Positions 15,834-24,220 of a DNA stretch of 45,709 nucleotides are shown in pieces (within the stretch, counting starts at the first letter, position 1; every line of letters starts with the position of its first letter). The position numbers and the translations under genes were made by a program. Under the pieces are notes generated by a model that was not told where the DNA came from, did not search any database, and saw only the letters and a program-made list of their open reading frames with translations. Source of the DNA: an uncultured Ruminococcus sp. (GTDB lineage: Bacteria; Bacillota; Clostridia; Oscillospirales; CAG-272); the NCBI GenBank assembly GCA_902784545.1, contig CACZVC010000003.1:1-45709 (forward strand), read 5' to 3'.

Positions 15834-18800
15834 TCATTTGAACCATTCGGGATGCGCTTCCTTGTTTTCATCCCTGAAATCTTCATAAGTAATCAGACCA
15901 AACTCTTTGCGCTTGCGCGAAAGCTCGTTGTTGATGTACTGTATCTGGTCAAGCAGCGAGTCCGTCGCGTCCGCGTTGTTGTTATAGCAGTTAAGGAAGG
16001 CAAAGTCAACGTAACGCGTGATGATGTAGCCGCCCGGGAATTCCGGAGTGCCTTTCAGATGCGCGAACTGGGCTTCGAGATTCTTTCTCTCCTGGTTGGT
16101 CCACGACATATTGCGGAGAGCCTCGGTGTTTGCGGTGTTGAATTTCGCCGCCATACCGATTATGGCCTCATACTGCTTTGCGTAAGAGGACTGAGCCTGC
16201 GCTCCCGTCCACCACTTCATGTACTCCCAGCAGTTCTTGCGAAGCTCCTCGGATCTTCCCTTCTTGTCTCTCATTATGACCGTAGCGGAGACCGAGCAAG
16301 GAGCGTTGCTGTTTATTACGGGCAGTCCGTCGTCGCCTATAATGTCGTTGCCGTTCTCATCCTTCTGGATGGTTCCGGGCAGAAGCGTGAATTCCCACAG
16401 ACCGCGGAGCTCTGTCGCGTAAATGGTGAACTGGTTGTACGTCAGGTAATCCGCCACGGCTATCGGCATCTCGCCCATACGGAAGTACGTCGCAAGGTCG
16501 TAAGCACGCGGGAACTTGAACGTCTGGAACAGAGTTACAAGCTCGTTGAAGCATTCAAGAGACGTTTTTGAATCAATGTTTATCTGCATACCGTCAAGCA
16601 CGCCGTCGCCGTCGATATCGGAATAGAGGTCCTCGTCACGCTGATACATCAGCATCATCAGACCGCCCAAGCTCGACGGGAAGCCGACCTTACGGTAGTT
16701 TATCTGCAAGGCGGGAACTATATCGTAGAGATCACTCCAGGTTTGCGGAACTTCAAGATCGAGCTCCGCGAATATGTCTTTGCGGTAGAACAGCATCGAG
16801 AAGCCGAGACGCTCCGGAATGCCGTAGTAAATGTATGAACCGAGGTGGTCCGGGTTTTCAAGACGGAGACCTACGAGCGCCTGATCGCTGAATCTGTCGG
16901 CGCAGACCTGCGGGTAATCGGAGTAGAGGTTGTTCGCCCCGTCCGATTCTATGTAAAGCGGCTCTATGGCGCTCCTTATGGCGTAGTTGATAACGTCCGT
17001 CTGACCCATGGCGAGCGATATGTCGGGACCGTCGCCCGCGAGCGTCGCGGGAAGCAGCGTGCCGGCGGCGACCAGTTTAAGGTTGACCTTGACCGGGCAG
17101 TCGACGTCTATCAGCTCACGCATGACCTGCGCTTCCTCACGGCTGGTGGATATCCAGACCTCAACGGGCTCGACCGTGCTGTTGTCCTCGATGGCGCCGA
17201 GCGAGTTGTAATCGGTGAAGAAGCTGGCGAAGAAGGCGCTTACCTCAAAGCCGAGGGACTTGAAGAAGCCTGCCGCCGCCTTCGGATAATCCTTGGCGTC
17301 CTTGCCCGCGGGCTGTAAGGAGATGTAGTCTATATTCAGCGCCTGCAGCTTGGTGTTCATGACCCAGGTGCCGAGGTAACCGGTGTTGACCTTCAGGTTA
17401 TCGAGGTTCTTCGCTATCTCGGACTCCTTGCTGCTCATCTTCTGCAGTAAGTACGCTATTTTTTCAAGTGTCGCTATATCGGACGCGGATTTGCCGCCCA
17501 GGATCTTTTTGAACTGTTCGGCGACATCCGTGATTTTTAACTGCGTCGATCTCATGAGAAGGATCGTGTCGTAGATGACCTCGGCGAAGCCGTATGAAAC
17601 GAATTCGTCCGGGTTCGGACCGGTGATCCTTATGATCGAGCGGTATATCGAGTTCATATCGTCGATACAGTCGCCTATCTGACGGAGCGTATCCGACATG
17701 TTGCCGTAGCCGACTTCCATTTTGATCTTGTAGTCCTTGCCTGCTTCAAACCAGAACTTAAGATCCTTTTCGCCGTCGTTCAGCGGACTGCACTGCCAGT
17801 CGTCGTCATAGTTGAACTGCAGTCTGTAACAGTTTTCAAACGGTATCTCGCCGTTTATGTAAAGCACGCGGGAAACGTACAGACCTTCGCGTATGGACTG
17901 CTTGAATCTCGGCACGATGTAGTAGTAGCCGTCCTCGGTTATCTCGGAGCCGGGTATCGTCCACTCTATCCACTGACCGAACGTCTGCCACTTGTTGTCG
18001 CCTATCGTGTTGAGAAGCTGACGCGAAGCGTGCTGCGGCTCGGTTATCGACGACGTTCTGTCGTTCAGCGCGTATATGGTAAGGTCGGACGTCGAGCTCG
18101 GCGTTTCGGCCTGTACCTTCGGCGCGTTCGCCGAAGCCGAGGCGTCCTTCGTTCCGTGGCTCTCAAGGTATTCCTCATATGAGGGCAGACCCTTGTACGG
18201 CTCGACGTGGATCTCGGAGATTATGATGTCGTTCATCGTAGCGTTGAACGATATCGTATGCTCGCCCTTGGTCAGCGCGTATTTGAGCGGCTGCAGCTCG
18301 TAGCCCTGCGAGTCGCGCAGATATGATTCCGACCATTCGTAAATCTGCTGCTTCTGCGGCTTCTTTTCGTTCTGGTTCTTGTCAAGCGTAAAGCCCTGGG
18401 TGCCGTCCTCCCGCTTAACGTCGGCATCCAACATATCAACGAATTTTCTCGTGAATTCGAAGTAGTAGGATTCGCTGAACGGAGCCGTTCCGTCAACGAA
18501 AAACTCACGCTTGATGTTAGACGTGTTTATGTTCTTTGTCTCGAAGGGCTTGTATTCGATGCGGACGACGTAGTAGCCGGTCTCCGGCACGTCTATCTTC
18601 CAGCTCGTTACGCCCGCTTCGGGCATGTGAAGGACGCTGCCCTTCTCCGGGTCGTTCATTACCTCGGCCTTCTGCTCGGGGTAGTCCGGGTCAGGCTCGA
18701 AGGTGTACCCTTCCGCCGCCTTTACCGTGACGCCGGCGCCTGTCGCGTCGTGCCAGTTCTGGGCGTTCCTTTCTTCGATATAGGTATGGTAGTCCTCGCT

Positions 18801-18947
18801 GTAGAGGTACTCCTTTACCTGGTCCATGGTCGTCTTTTCCGTTTTTGTGCCGGTCTCGGCGGCAGGTGCGGCTAAGACGCCCGTAGAGAGTAGCATAAGC
18901 GCCGCAAGCAGGACTGCTAACGCTTTTGCCGTTTTGGATGATCTCAT
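15834..18947 (-). CDS. Giant extracellular solute-binding protein: two CBM-like beta-sandwich modules + family-1 sugar SBP fold
   Basis: 1037 aa with signal peptide MRSSKTAKALAVLLAALMLLSTGVLAAPA. Two similar modules (WKIDVPETGYYVVRIEYKPF...FFVDG and WIEWTIPGSEITEDGYYYIVPRFKQ...LYINGE). The C-terminal roughly 450-500 aa resembles a sugar-binding protein (VEVWISTSREEAQVMRELID...VAAGTLLPATLAGDGPDI). Confidence 0.8.
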   Translation of the reverse strand: MRSSKTAKALAVLLAALMLLSTGVLAAPAAETGTKTEKTTMDQVKEYLYSEDYHTYIEERNAQNWHDATGAGVTVKAAEGYTFEPDPDYPEQKAEVMNDPEKGSVLHMPEAGVTSWKIDVPETGYYVVRIEYKPFETKNINTSNIKREFFVDGTAPFSESYYFEFTRKFVDMLDADVKREDGTQGFTLDKNQNEKKPQKQQIYEWSESYLRDSQGYELQPLKYALTKGEHTISFNATMNDIIISEIHVEPYKGLPSYEEYLESHGTKDASASANAPKVQAETPSSTSDLTIYALNDRTSSITEPQHASRQLLNTIGDNKWQTFGQWIEWTIPGSEITEDGYYYIVPRFKQSIREGLYVSRVLYINGEIPFENCYRLQFNYDDDWQCSPLNDGEKDLKFWFEAGKDYKIKMEVGYGNMSDTLRQIGDCIDDMNSIYRSIIRITGPNPDEFVSYGFAEVIYDTILLMRSTQLKITDVAEQFKKILGGKSASDIATLEKIAYLLQKMSSKESEIAKNLDNLKVNTGYLGTWVMNTKLQALNIDYISLQPAGKDAKDYPKAAAGFFKSLGFEVSAFFASFFTDYNSLGAIEDNSTVEPVEVWISTSREEAQVMRELIDVDCPVKVNLKLVAAGTLLPATLAGDGPDISLAMGQTDVINYAIRSAIEPLYIESDGANNLYSDYPQVCADRFSDQALVGLRLENPDHLGSYIYYGIPERLGFSMLFYRKDIFAELDLEVPQTWSDLYDIVPALQINYRKVGFPSSLGGLMMLMYQRDEDLYSDIDGDGVLDGMQINIDSKTSLECFNELVTLFQTFKFPRAYDLATYFRMGEMPIAVADYLTYNQFTIYATELRGLWEFTLLPGTIQKDENGNDIIGDDGLPVINSNAPCSVSATVIMRDKKGRSEELRKNCWEYMKWWTGAQAQSSYAKQYEAIIGMAAKFNTANTEALRNMSWTNQERKNLEAQFAHLKGTPEFPGGYIITRYVDFAFLNCYNNNADATDSLLDQIQYINNELSRKRKEFGLITYEDFRDENKEAHPEWFK

Positions 18948-19039
18948 TGGCTTTTCCTCCTGATGAATATCGACGATACCGCGATGCGGTAAAGGTCACG
19001 CGCGCTGAAACGAGAAACAACGCGCTATAATTTAAATAT

Positions 19040-19068
19040 AATATATCACAAGATTTTTATATTGTCAA
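19040..19068 (-). promoter_or_regulatory. Sigma-70-type promoter of the seven-gene operon
   Basis: On the minus strand: TTGACA (19068-19063), 17 nt, TATATT (19045-19040), preceded by TGa. This leaves a leader of about 85 nt before the ATG at 18947. Confidence 0.6.
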
Positions 19069-19439
19069 TACCGATTTTTTTAAATAAATATCATCATTCT
19101 TTCATACGGTTTTCAGAATAATGCCCAAAACGGTCATCCGCGTTTTTTGTGTAAATTCCCCAAACCGTTTTTCGGCGTCTGAGCGCGCGCGATACGGCCG
19201 TTTTTTTGCGTTTTTTCGGCGTATTTTGTATCTTTTTGAATCCGCAAATTTAAAAATATTTTGCGCATTATATTAAAATATTTACGGAAACTGAAAATCG
19301 CGCCGTGTTTGACGTCGTTTTTCGCGATTTTTGCGGCCGGGTTGATTTGTAGGTTTTGCACAATTTTAAGCGCGAAATTTCTACATTTGTGCAATTTTCA
19401 CAAAATTTCGGATTTTTTATCGAAATTCGGAAAATCGTC

Positions 19440-19468
19440 TTTACAAACGCGCTTTTTCGCTGTATAAT
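19440..19468 (+). promoter_or_regulatory. Sigma-70-type promoter upstream of the GNAT remnant
   Basis: TTTACA (19440-19445), 17 nt, TATAAT (19463-19468). Confidence 0.5.
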
Positions 19469-19499
19469 GGGGGAAAATTCCATACGGCAAACAACACTT

Positions 19500-19943
19500 A
19501 TGAAAAAAGAAAACGTAATCAAAAAATTCAAAAACATACCCGTTATAAAGACGGAAAGGCTGACTCTGCGCCGTATGCGCGTCGAGGACTGCCACGATAT
19601 GTACGAGTATTCCAAACGCGAAGACGTGACGGAATATCTGCTGTGGTCGCCGCATCCAAACCGCACGCACACGAGAAAATACCTTGAATATATAAAAACG
19701 CGATACGACGACGGCGAGTTTTACGACTGGGCGGTACAGCTCGATTCCGAGCAGAAGATGATAGGCACCTGCGGCTTTTCGTCGATAGATTTCGCAAACA
19801 ACTCCGCCGAGGTCGGCTACGTCATAAACCCGGCGTACCGCGGAAGGGGCTACGCGCCGGAGGCTCTGCTCGAAATAATGATGTTCGGCTTCCTTGAGCT
19901 GAATCTCCACAGGATTGAGGCGAGGTATATGGACGGCGAATAG
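19500..19943 (+). pseudogene. GNAT (RimJ/RimL-like) N-acetyltransferase, 3'-truncated
   Basis: The N-terminus TERLTLRRMRVEDCHDMYEY and QKMIGTCGF..ANNSAEVGYVINPAYRGRGYAPEA..LHRIEARYMDGE are typical. The frame stops exactly where the conserved N..S..v.eK.GF..EG C-terminal block (about 40 aa) should begin. No SD lies close to the ATG at 19500. Confidence 0.55.
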
Positions 19944-20059
19944 CTGCCCCCCACGAGCCAGTACGCCACGACAGCCAGCGCCCAGGCCCCGGCAATGCAC
20001 GCGGCGTCCGCCAGCGCCAGCGCCAAATTCATCAAAACACGCTAAAATATAGGAAAATA

Positions 20060-20160
20060 AAACATTGGGGAGCTTGGTGAAACGCCCGGCTGAGAGGAAA
20101 CACAGTTTCGACCCGTAACCTGATCCGGATAATGCCGGCGTAGGGAATGAGTACCTGAAA
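20060..20160 (+). promoter_or_regulatory. TPP (THI-box) riboswitch
   Basis: ggggagc...ggctgagagg...acccgtaacctgatccggataatgccggcgtagggaa matches the TPP aptamer consensus (CUGAGA; ACCUGAUCnGGAUAAUGCCnGCGnAGGGAA). It sits upstream of thiT. Confidence 0.93.
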
Positions 20161-20174
20161 TTGGGATGAGCTTG

Positions 20175-20200
20175 AACGCCGCGTTTTTACGCGGCGTTTT
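20175..20200 (+). terminator. Riboswitch expression-platform terminator
   Basis: aacgccgcg-ttttta-cgcggcgtttt lies directly between the aptamer and the thiT RBS. Confidence 0.75.
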
Positions 20201-20242
20201 ATGTTCACCCGTCCCCTTTTCCTCAAGAGAAAGGAAAACAAA

Positions 20243-20956
20243 ATGACAGAACAACAGACAGAAAAAACAAATCAGAACAAAAACAGGATCCGCACAAGAA
20301 GACTTGTGGAATGCGCCGCAATGGTGGCGCTCGGCACGGTGCTTTCGCTTATCAAGATACCCGTCGGGCATCTCGGCGGCAGTATCACGCTGCTCTCCGC
20401 CCTGCCGCTCGTTTACGTATGCTACAAGCACGGCGTCAAATGGGGCTTCGCCTCCGCTTTCGTCTATTCGATACTCCAGATGCTCGTCGACATACCGACG
20501 GTCGTTAAGATCTTCGCGCCGGGCGAGGGGCTCGTGTGGTACATGGCTCTGCTCTCCATAGCGCTCGACTACATCGTTGCGTTTACCGCCATCGGTCTCG
20601 CCTCGCTTTTCAGCAATATGAAAAATCCGACGGCGGCGCTCGGTTTAGGCGCGTTCGTCGGACTTATGGCAAGATACATATCAAGCTTCTTCTCCGGCTG
20701 GATATTCTACGGCGCGTGGGCAAGCTGGTATTTCGACCCGTCCGAAACGGATAACTTCGCCAGCATAAGCGAAGGCACGGCGAAATTCGGCGCGTGGGTG
20801 CTTTCCACCTTCGGCGACGGACAGGGGCTCGCGGCGTTCTACTCCGCGTTCTATAACGGTCTTTATATGATACCTGAAATAATAATCACCGTTATCGGCG
20901 CCGTCGGAATATCGTTTATCCCGTTCGTGAAAGACAAAAACAGAAATCTCAGGTAA
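20243..20956 (+). CDS. thiT: Energy-coupling-factor transporter S component for thiamine (ThiT)
   Basis: Riboswitch context. About 6 TM helices; TRRLVECAAMVALGTVLSLIKIPVGHLGGSITLLSALPLVYVCY is ThiT-like. ATG at 20243 with GAAAGGAAAA upstream. Confidence 0.85.
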   Translation: MTEQQTEKTNQNKNRIRTRRLVECAAMVALGTVLSLIKIPVGHLGGSITLLSALPLVYVCYKHGVKWGFASAFVYSILQMLVDIPTVVKIFAPGEGLVWYMALLSIALDYIVAFTAIGLASLFSNMKNPTAALGLGAFVGLMARYISSFFSGWIFYGAWASWYFDPSETDNFASISEGTAKFGAWVLSTFGDGQGLAAFYSAFYNGLYMIPEIIITVIGAVGISFIPFVKDKNRNLR

Positions 20957-21506
20957 AATACGAAACGATCCCGTTGTATATGCCCTGCGCGTATGACGCG
21001 GGATCGTTATTCATAGCCGCGGCTTCGGCGGCGTTCGTTATGAAGCCCATTTCTATAAGCGCCGCCGGCATGACGGTCTTGCGCAGAACGTACAGCGTCG
21101 GCCTTGCGAAAACGCCTCTCGACACGGTACCGGTCCTGTCGTACAGTCCTTTCAGAATGCTCTGTGCGAAAGGATAAGCGGGCGAGGAAAGCGAGTAAAC
21201 GTAGCCCTCGCTGCCCGTCGCCGTCGTTATCTCCGAAGCGTTGCAGTGAAGGCTTATGAAATAATCGGCGCCCCACGAGTTTGCGGCGGAGGTCCTCGCC
21301 GCAAGCGACGTCGCGTTGCTTGTGCCAAGTATCTCGTCGGGCGCGTTTCTCGACGTTATCGACTGAAAGCCGGGGTTTGAGTTGAGCAGATCGCGCAGCT
21401 TTACGCCTATTTTGTACGTGAGATCCGCCTCCTGCAGGCCGTTCCCCTCGGCGCCGGAATTCGGGTTTCTCGGGTTGTGTCCCTGGTCTATAAATATCTT
21501 TATCAT
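20949..21506 (-). CDS. N-acetylmuramoyl-L-alanine amidase (Amidase_3 family), catalytic domain only
   Basis: IFIDQGHNP..GAEG..E, DYFISLHCNA and MPAALIEMGFITN motifs. 185 aa, with no signal peptide or wall-binding domain. Confidence 0.85.
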   Translation of the reverse strand: MIKIFIDQGHNPRNPNSGAEGNGLQEADLTYKIGVKLRDLLNSNPGFQSITSRNAPDEILGTSNATSLAARTSAANSWGADYFISLHCNASEITTATGSEGYVYSLSSPAYPFAQSILKGLYDRTGTVSRGVFARPTLYVLRKTVMPAALIEMGFITNAAEAAAMNNDPASYAQGIYNGIVSYFT

Positions 21507-21551
21507 AACAAATCTCCTTTTTTATTATGATATGCGAGGTGAGCTTTTACC

Positions 21552-22277
21552 GTGAGTACGAAAACGGATATACTCCTGTCAAATCTGCGTAAATGCGCGG
21601 ACAGATACGGAATGATAAAAAACGGCGACCGGGTGCTCTGCGCCGTGTCGGGCGGCAAGGATTCGCTTGCGCTCGCGTACGGGCTGAAGCGGCTTTCCGC
21701 GTTTTATCCCGAAAAATTCACCGTTTCCGCCGTGACGGTCGATATGGGCTTCGACGCCGTTTTTTCCCCGCTTTACGATTTTATGAAGCGTGAGGAAATA
21801 CCGTACGAAATAATAAAAACCGATATAGGCAAGGCGATAGATGGGTTGGAAAAGCCGTGCTCCCTCTGCGCCAGACTGCGCCGCGCGGCGCTCTGCAATT
21901 ACGCTTATGAAAAAGGCTTCGGCAAGCTTGCGTTGGGTCACACCGAGGACGACGCTGCGGAGACCGCGCTTATGAATCTGCTTTTCGGCGGACAGATATA
22001 CACGCTTGAACCGACGACCGTGTACGCGGACAAATCGCTTACTCTCATACGCCCGCTTTCGTTTACGAACGAGCGGCTGATATCGTCGCTTGCGAAGGAG
22101 CTTTCGCTCCCCGTGATAAAAAACCCCTGCGGCCGCGAGAGCGACTCCGCAAGGGCTTACGTCAGGGAAATTATAAAAAATACGGACAGGATATGCCGCG
22201 GCACCGCACACAGGACAGCGAAAGCGTATTTTGACGATGACCGGGCAGTTAATATAAACGATTTGAAAAAGACTTGA
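21552..22277 (+). CDS. PP-loop ATPase, TtcA-like tRNA thiolation family
   Basis: SGGKDS PP-loop, CSLCARLRR and LALGHTEDDAAETALMNL. GTG start. Confidence 0.8.
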   Translation: MSTKTDILLSNLRKCADRYGMIKNGDRVLCAVSGGKDSLALAYGLKRLSAFYPEKFTVSAVTVDMGFDAVFSPLYDFMKREEIPYEIIKTDIGKAIDGLEKPCSLCARLRRAALCNYAYEKGFGKLALGHTEDDAAETALMNLLFGGQIYTLEPTTVYADKSLTLIRPLSFTNERLISSLAKELSLPVIKNPCGRESDSARAYVREIIKNTDRICRGTAHRTAKAYFDDDRAVNINDLKKT

Positions 22278-22360
22278 TCCGCCTGACGTCAAAACAGTTC
22301 AAGAGAAAAAATAAAACGCGTTTTTTCTCGTTCTTCTGCGGCTTCAGATGTGCGCTTGTT

Positions 22361-22552
22361 TTACTTTGTTTTTTTCTGATTCTCGTTTGACTTACAGTTT
22401 TCGCGGCAGAGGTTCGAGGACATACAGGTGAACTCGCCGTCCGTGCCGAGCTCGCGGCGCATTATCACGTTTCCGTCGAGCTTTGAGCAGTAGCGCTGCT
22501 TTATTTCGTAAAAAGGCGCCTTTTCCGATCTTCCGTTTACAAATTCAGACAT
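22361..22552 (-). CDS. Small Cys-containing hypothetical protein (63 aa)
   Basis: Start moved to the ATG at 22552, which has AAGGAGA 7 nt upstream. Sequence: MSEFVNGRSEKAPFYEIKQRYCSKLDGNVIMRRELGTDGEFTCMSSNLCRENCKSNENQKKTK. No family recognised. Confidence 0.55.
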   Translation of the reverse strand: MSEFVNGRSEKAPFYEIKQRYCSKLDGNVIMRRELGTDGEFTCMSSNLCRENCKSNENQKKTK

Positions 22553-22601
22553 AAAAATTCTCCTTACCGGTTTTTTATTATTGTACCCGGTAAGGAGATT
22601 T

Positions 22602-23225
22602 TTAGTTACTTGTTCCAAAGCGATTTTTTAAAAAATCATACTCTTTTTTTTCATCTGCGTAAAACAAGATCATAGCGACAAGCAAAGCCGAAAAAAGAGT
22701 CACCATTACGGAACAAACGATTATAACTGTTTTTGTATCTTTTAACGTCTGCTGAAATCCGTATTCCTCGTCTATAATTACTTCGCCGTTATGTTCAAAA
22801 CCTAAAACGCGATTCTCTTTGCTCGGTATCAAAAGCAGGTTTGAATATGTGATATACCGTAACTTTATCTCGTCGCCTGACTGTAAGATTTCCATAATCC
22901 TGTGTTGTCCGCCTTCGATCTTTCTGTAATCGGTATCTAATACATATCGTTCCGATTTGATTTCAAAGGACGTATAGTGGGAGCCTCTTCTCCAGTATTC
23001 ATTTCTCACGGAGCCTTTATCCGCGGTCGCTGTAATGTTCTTTATCGTACCGTCTGAAATCGCGTTATAGAATTTCGCGTCCCTTACTATAACATAGGAA
23101 AAGATCAAAACCAAAATAAAGCAAAATGCGATGGGAGTGTACAAGCCGCGGAGGCTTTTTTTACGCTGTTCAAGGGTTTTTGTTTTTGAGACGCGTTTTG
23201 TTTTTTTGTTCGCCTTTTTTGCCAT
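22602..23225 (-). CDS. Two-TM membrane protein, function unknown (AT-rich gene)
   Basis: The start ATG overlaps the galE stop as TAATG (23223-23227). A basic N-terminus is followed by a TM helix (IAFCFILVLIFSYVIV), a roughly 130-aa loop and a second TM helix (VIIVCSVMVTLFSALLVAMILFY). Confidence 0.75.
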   Translation of the reverse strand: MAKKANKKTKRVSKTKTLEQRKKSLRGLYTPIAFCFILVLIFSYVIVRDAKFYNAISDGTIKNITATADKGSVRNEYWRRGSHYTSFEIKSERYVLDTDYRKIEGGQHRIMEILQSGDEIKLRYITYSNLLLIPSKENRVLGFEHNGEVIIDEEYGFQQTLKDTKTVIIVCSVMVTLFSALLVAMILFYADEKKEYDFLKNRFGTSN

Positions 23226-24220
23226 TACAATTTGAGCGCCCAACGGGCGTTATCTCGGCACATATCGTCAATATCGTACTTCGCCTGCCAGCCGAGGACC
23301 TCTTTCGCCTTCGATACGTCGGCGTAGCACTCCGCGATATCGCCGGGGCGGCGCGGAGCTATGACGTACGGCACCTTTTTGCCCGACGCCTTTTCAAACG
23401 CGCGGACGAGCTCGAGCACGGACGTTCCCTTGCCCGTTCCGAGATTGACTGTCTGCACTCCCCTGTTCTTTCTCGCGTAGGAAAGAGCCGCGAGATGACC
23501 GTCCGCAAGGTCGACGACGTGGATGTAGTCGCGCACGCCGGTGCCGTCGACGGTATCGTAATCGTCGCCGAAAACGTTCAGGTGATCGTATTCGCCGTTC
23601 GCGACCTTCACGATATACGGCATAAGATTGTTCGGTATGCCGTTAGGCTTTTCGCCTATAAGTCCGCTTTTATGCGCGCCTATCGGGTTGAAATAGCGGA
23701 GCAGTACGGCGGAAAAATCCTTATCCGAGGCGCACACGCCCTCAAGTATGTGTTCTATGAACACCTTCGTCCAGCCGTAGGGATTCGTCGCGCTCGTTTT
23801 CATCCCCTCGACGAACGGCACGGGATTGTCGTTTCCGTAGACAGTTGCGGACGACGAGAATATCATTATCTCACAGCCGTGCTTTTTCATCGCTTCAAGC
23901 ACCGTGAGCGTTCCGTTTATGTTGTTGTCGTAGTATTCGAGCGGTTTTTCCACCGATTCGCCGACGGCTTTCAAGCCCGCGAAATGTATGACCGCCTCGA
24001 TTTTGTTTTCGGTAAATATCGTATCGAGTTTACCGGCGTCGCGCATATCGGCGCGGTAAAATCCAAAGTCTTTGCCGCTTATCTGCCTGATTTTATCAAG
24101 CACGTCGGGCGAGCTGTTTGAAAAATTGTCAAGGATAACTATATCCTCGCCCTTTTCAAGCAGCTGAACGACAGTATGAGAGCCGATGAATCCGGCTCCG
24201 CCGGTAACAAGAACAGACAT
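23225..24220 (-). CDS. galE: UDP-glucose 4-epimerase
   Basis: MSVLVTGGAGFIGSHTV, NPYGWTK (YxxxK) and full-length resemblance to GalE. Confidence 0.93.
   Translation of the reverse strand: MSVLVTGGAGFIGSHTVVQLLEKGEDIVILDNFSNSSPDVLDKIRQISGKDFGFYRADMRDAGKLDTIFTENKIEAVIHFAGLKAVGESVEKPLEYYDNNINGTLTVLEAMKKHGCEIMIFSSSATVYGNDNPVPFVEGMKTSATNPYGWTKVFIEHILEGVCASDKDFSAVLLRYFNPIGAHKSGLIGEKPNGIPNNLMPYIVKVANGEYDHLNVFGDDYDTVDGTGVRDYIHVVDLADGHLAALSYARKNRGVQTVNLGTGKGTSVLELVRAFEKASGKKVPYVIAPRRPGDIAECYADVSKAKEVLGWQAKYDIDDMCRDNARWALKL

Noticed and set aside
19134-19672. ORFs 19134-19394, 19261-19467 and 19268-19672 in the AT-rich spacer.
   Set aside because: Low-complexity Lys/Phe/Ile-rich translations with no RBS. 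They overlap two predicted promoters.
20042-20431. Minus-strand ORFs 20032-20241 and 20042-20431.
   Set aside because: They overlap the TPP riboswitch, its terminator and the thiT 5' end. No supporting signals.
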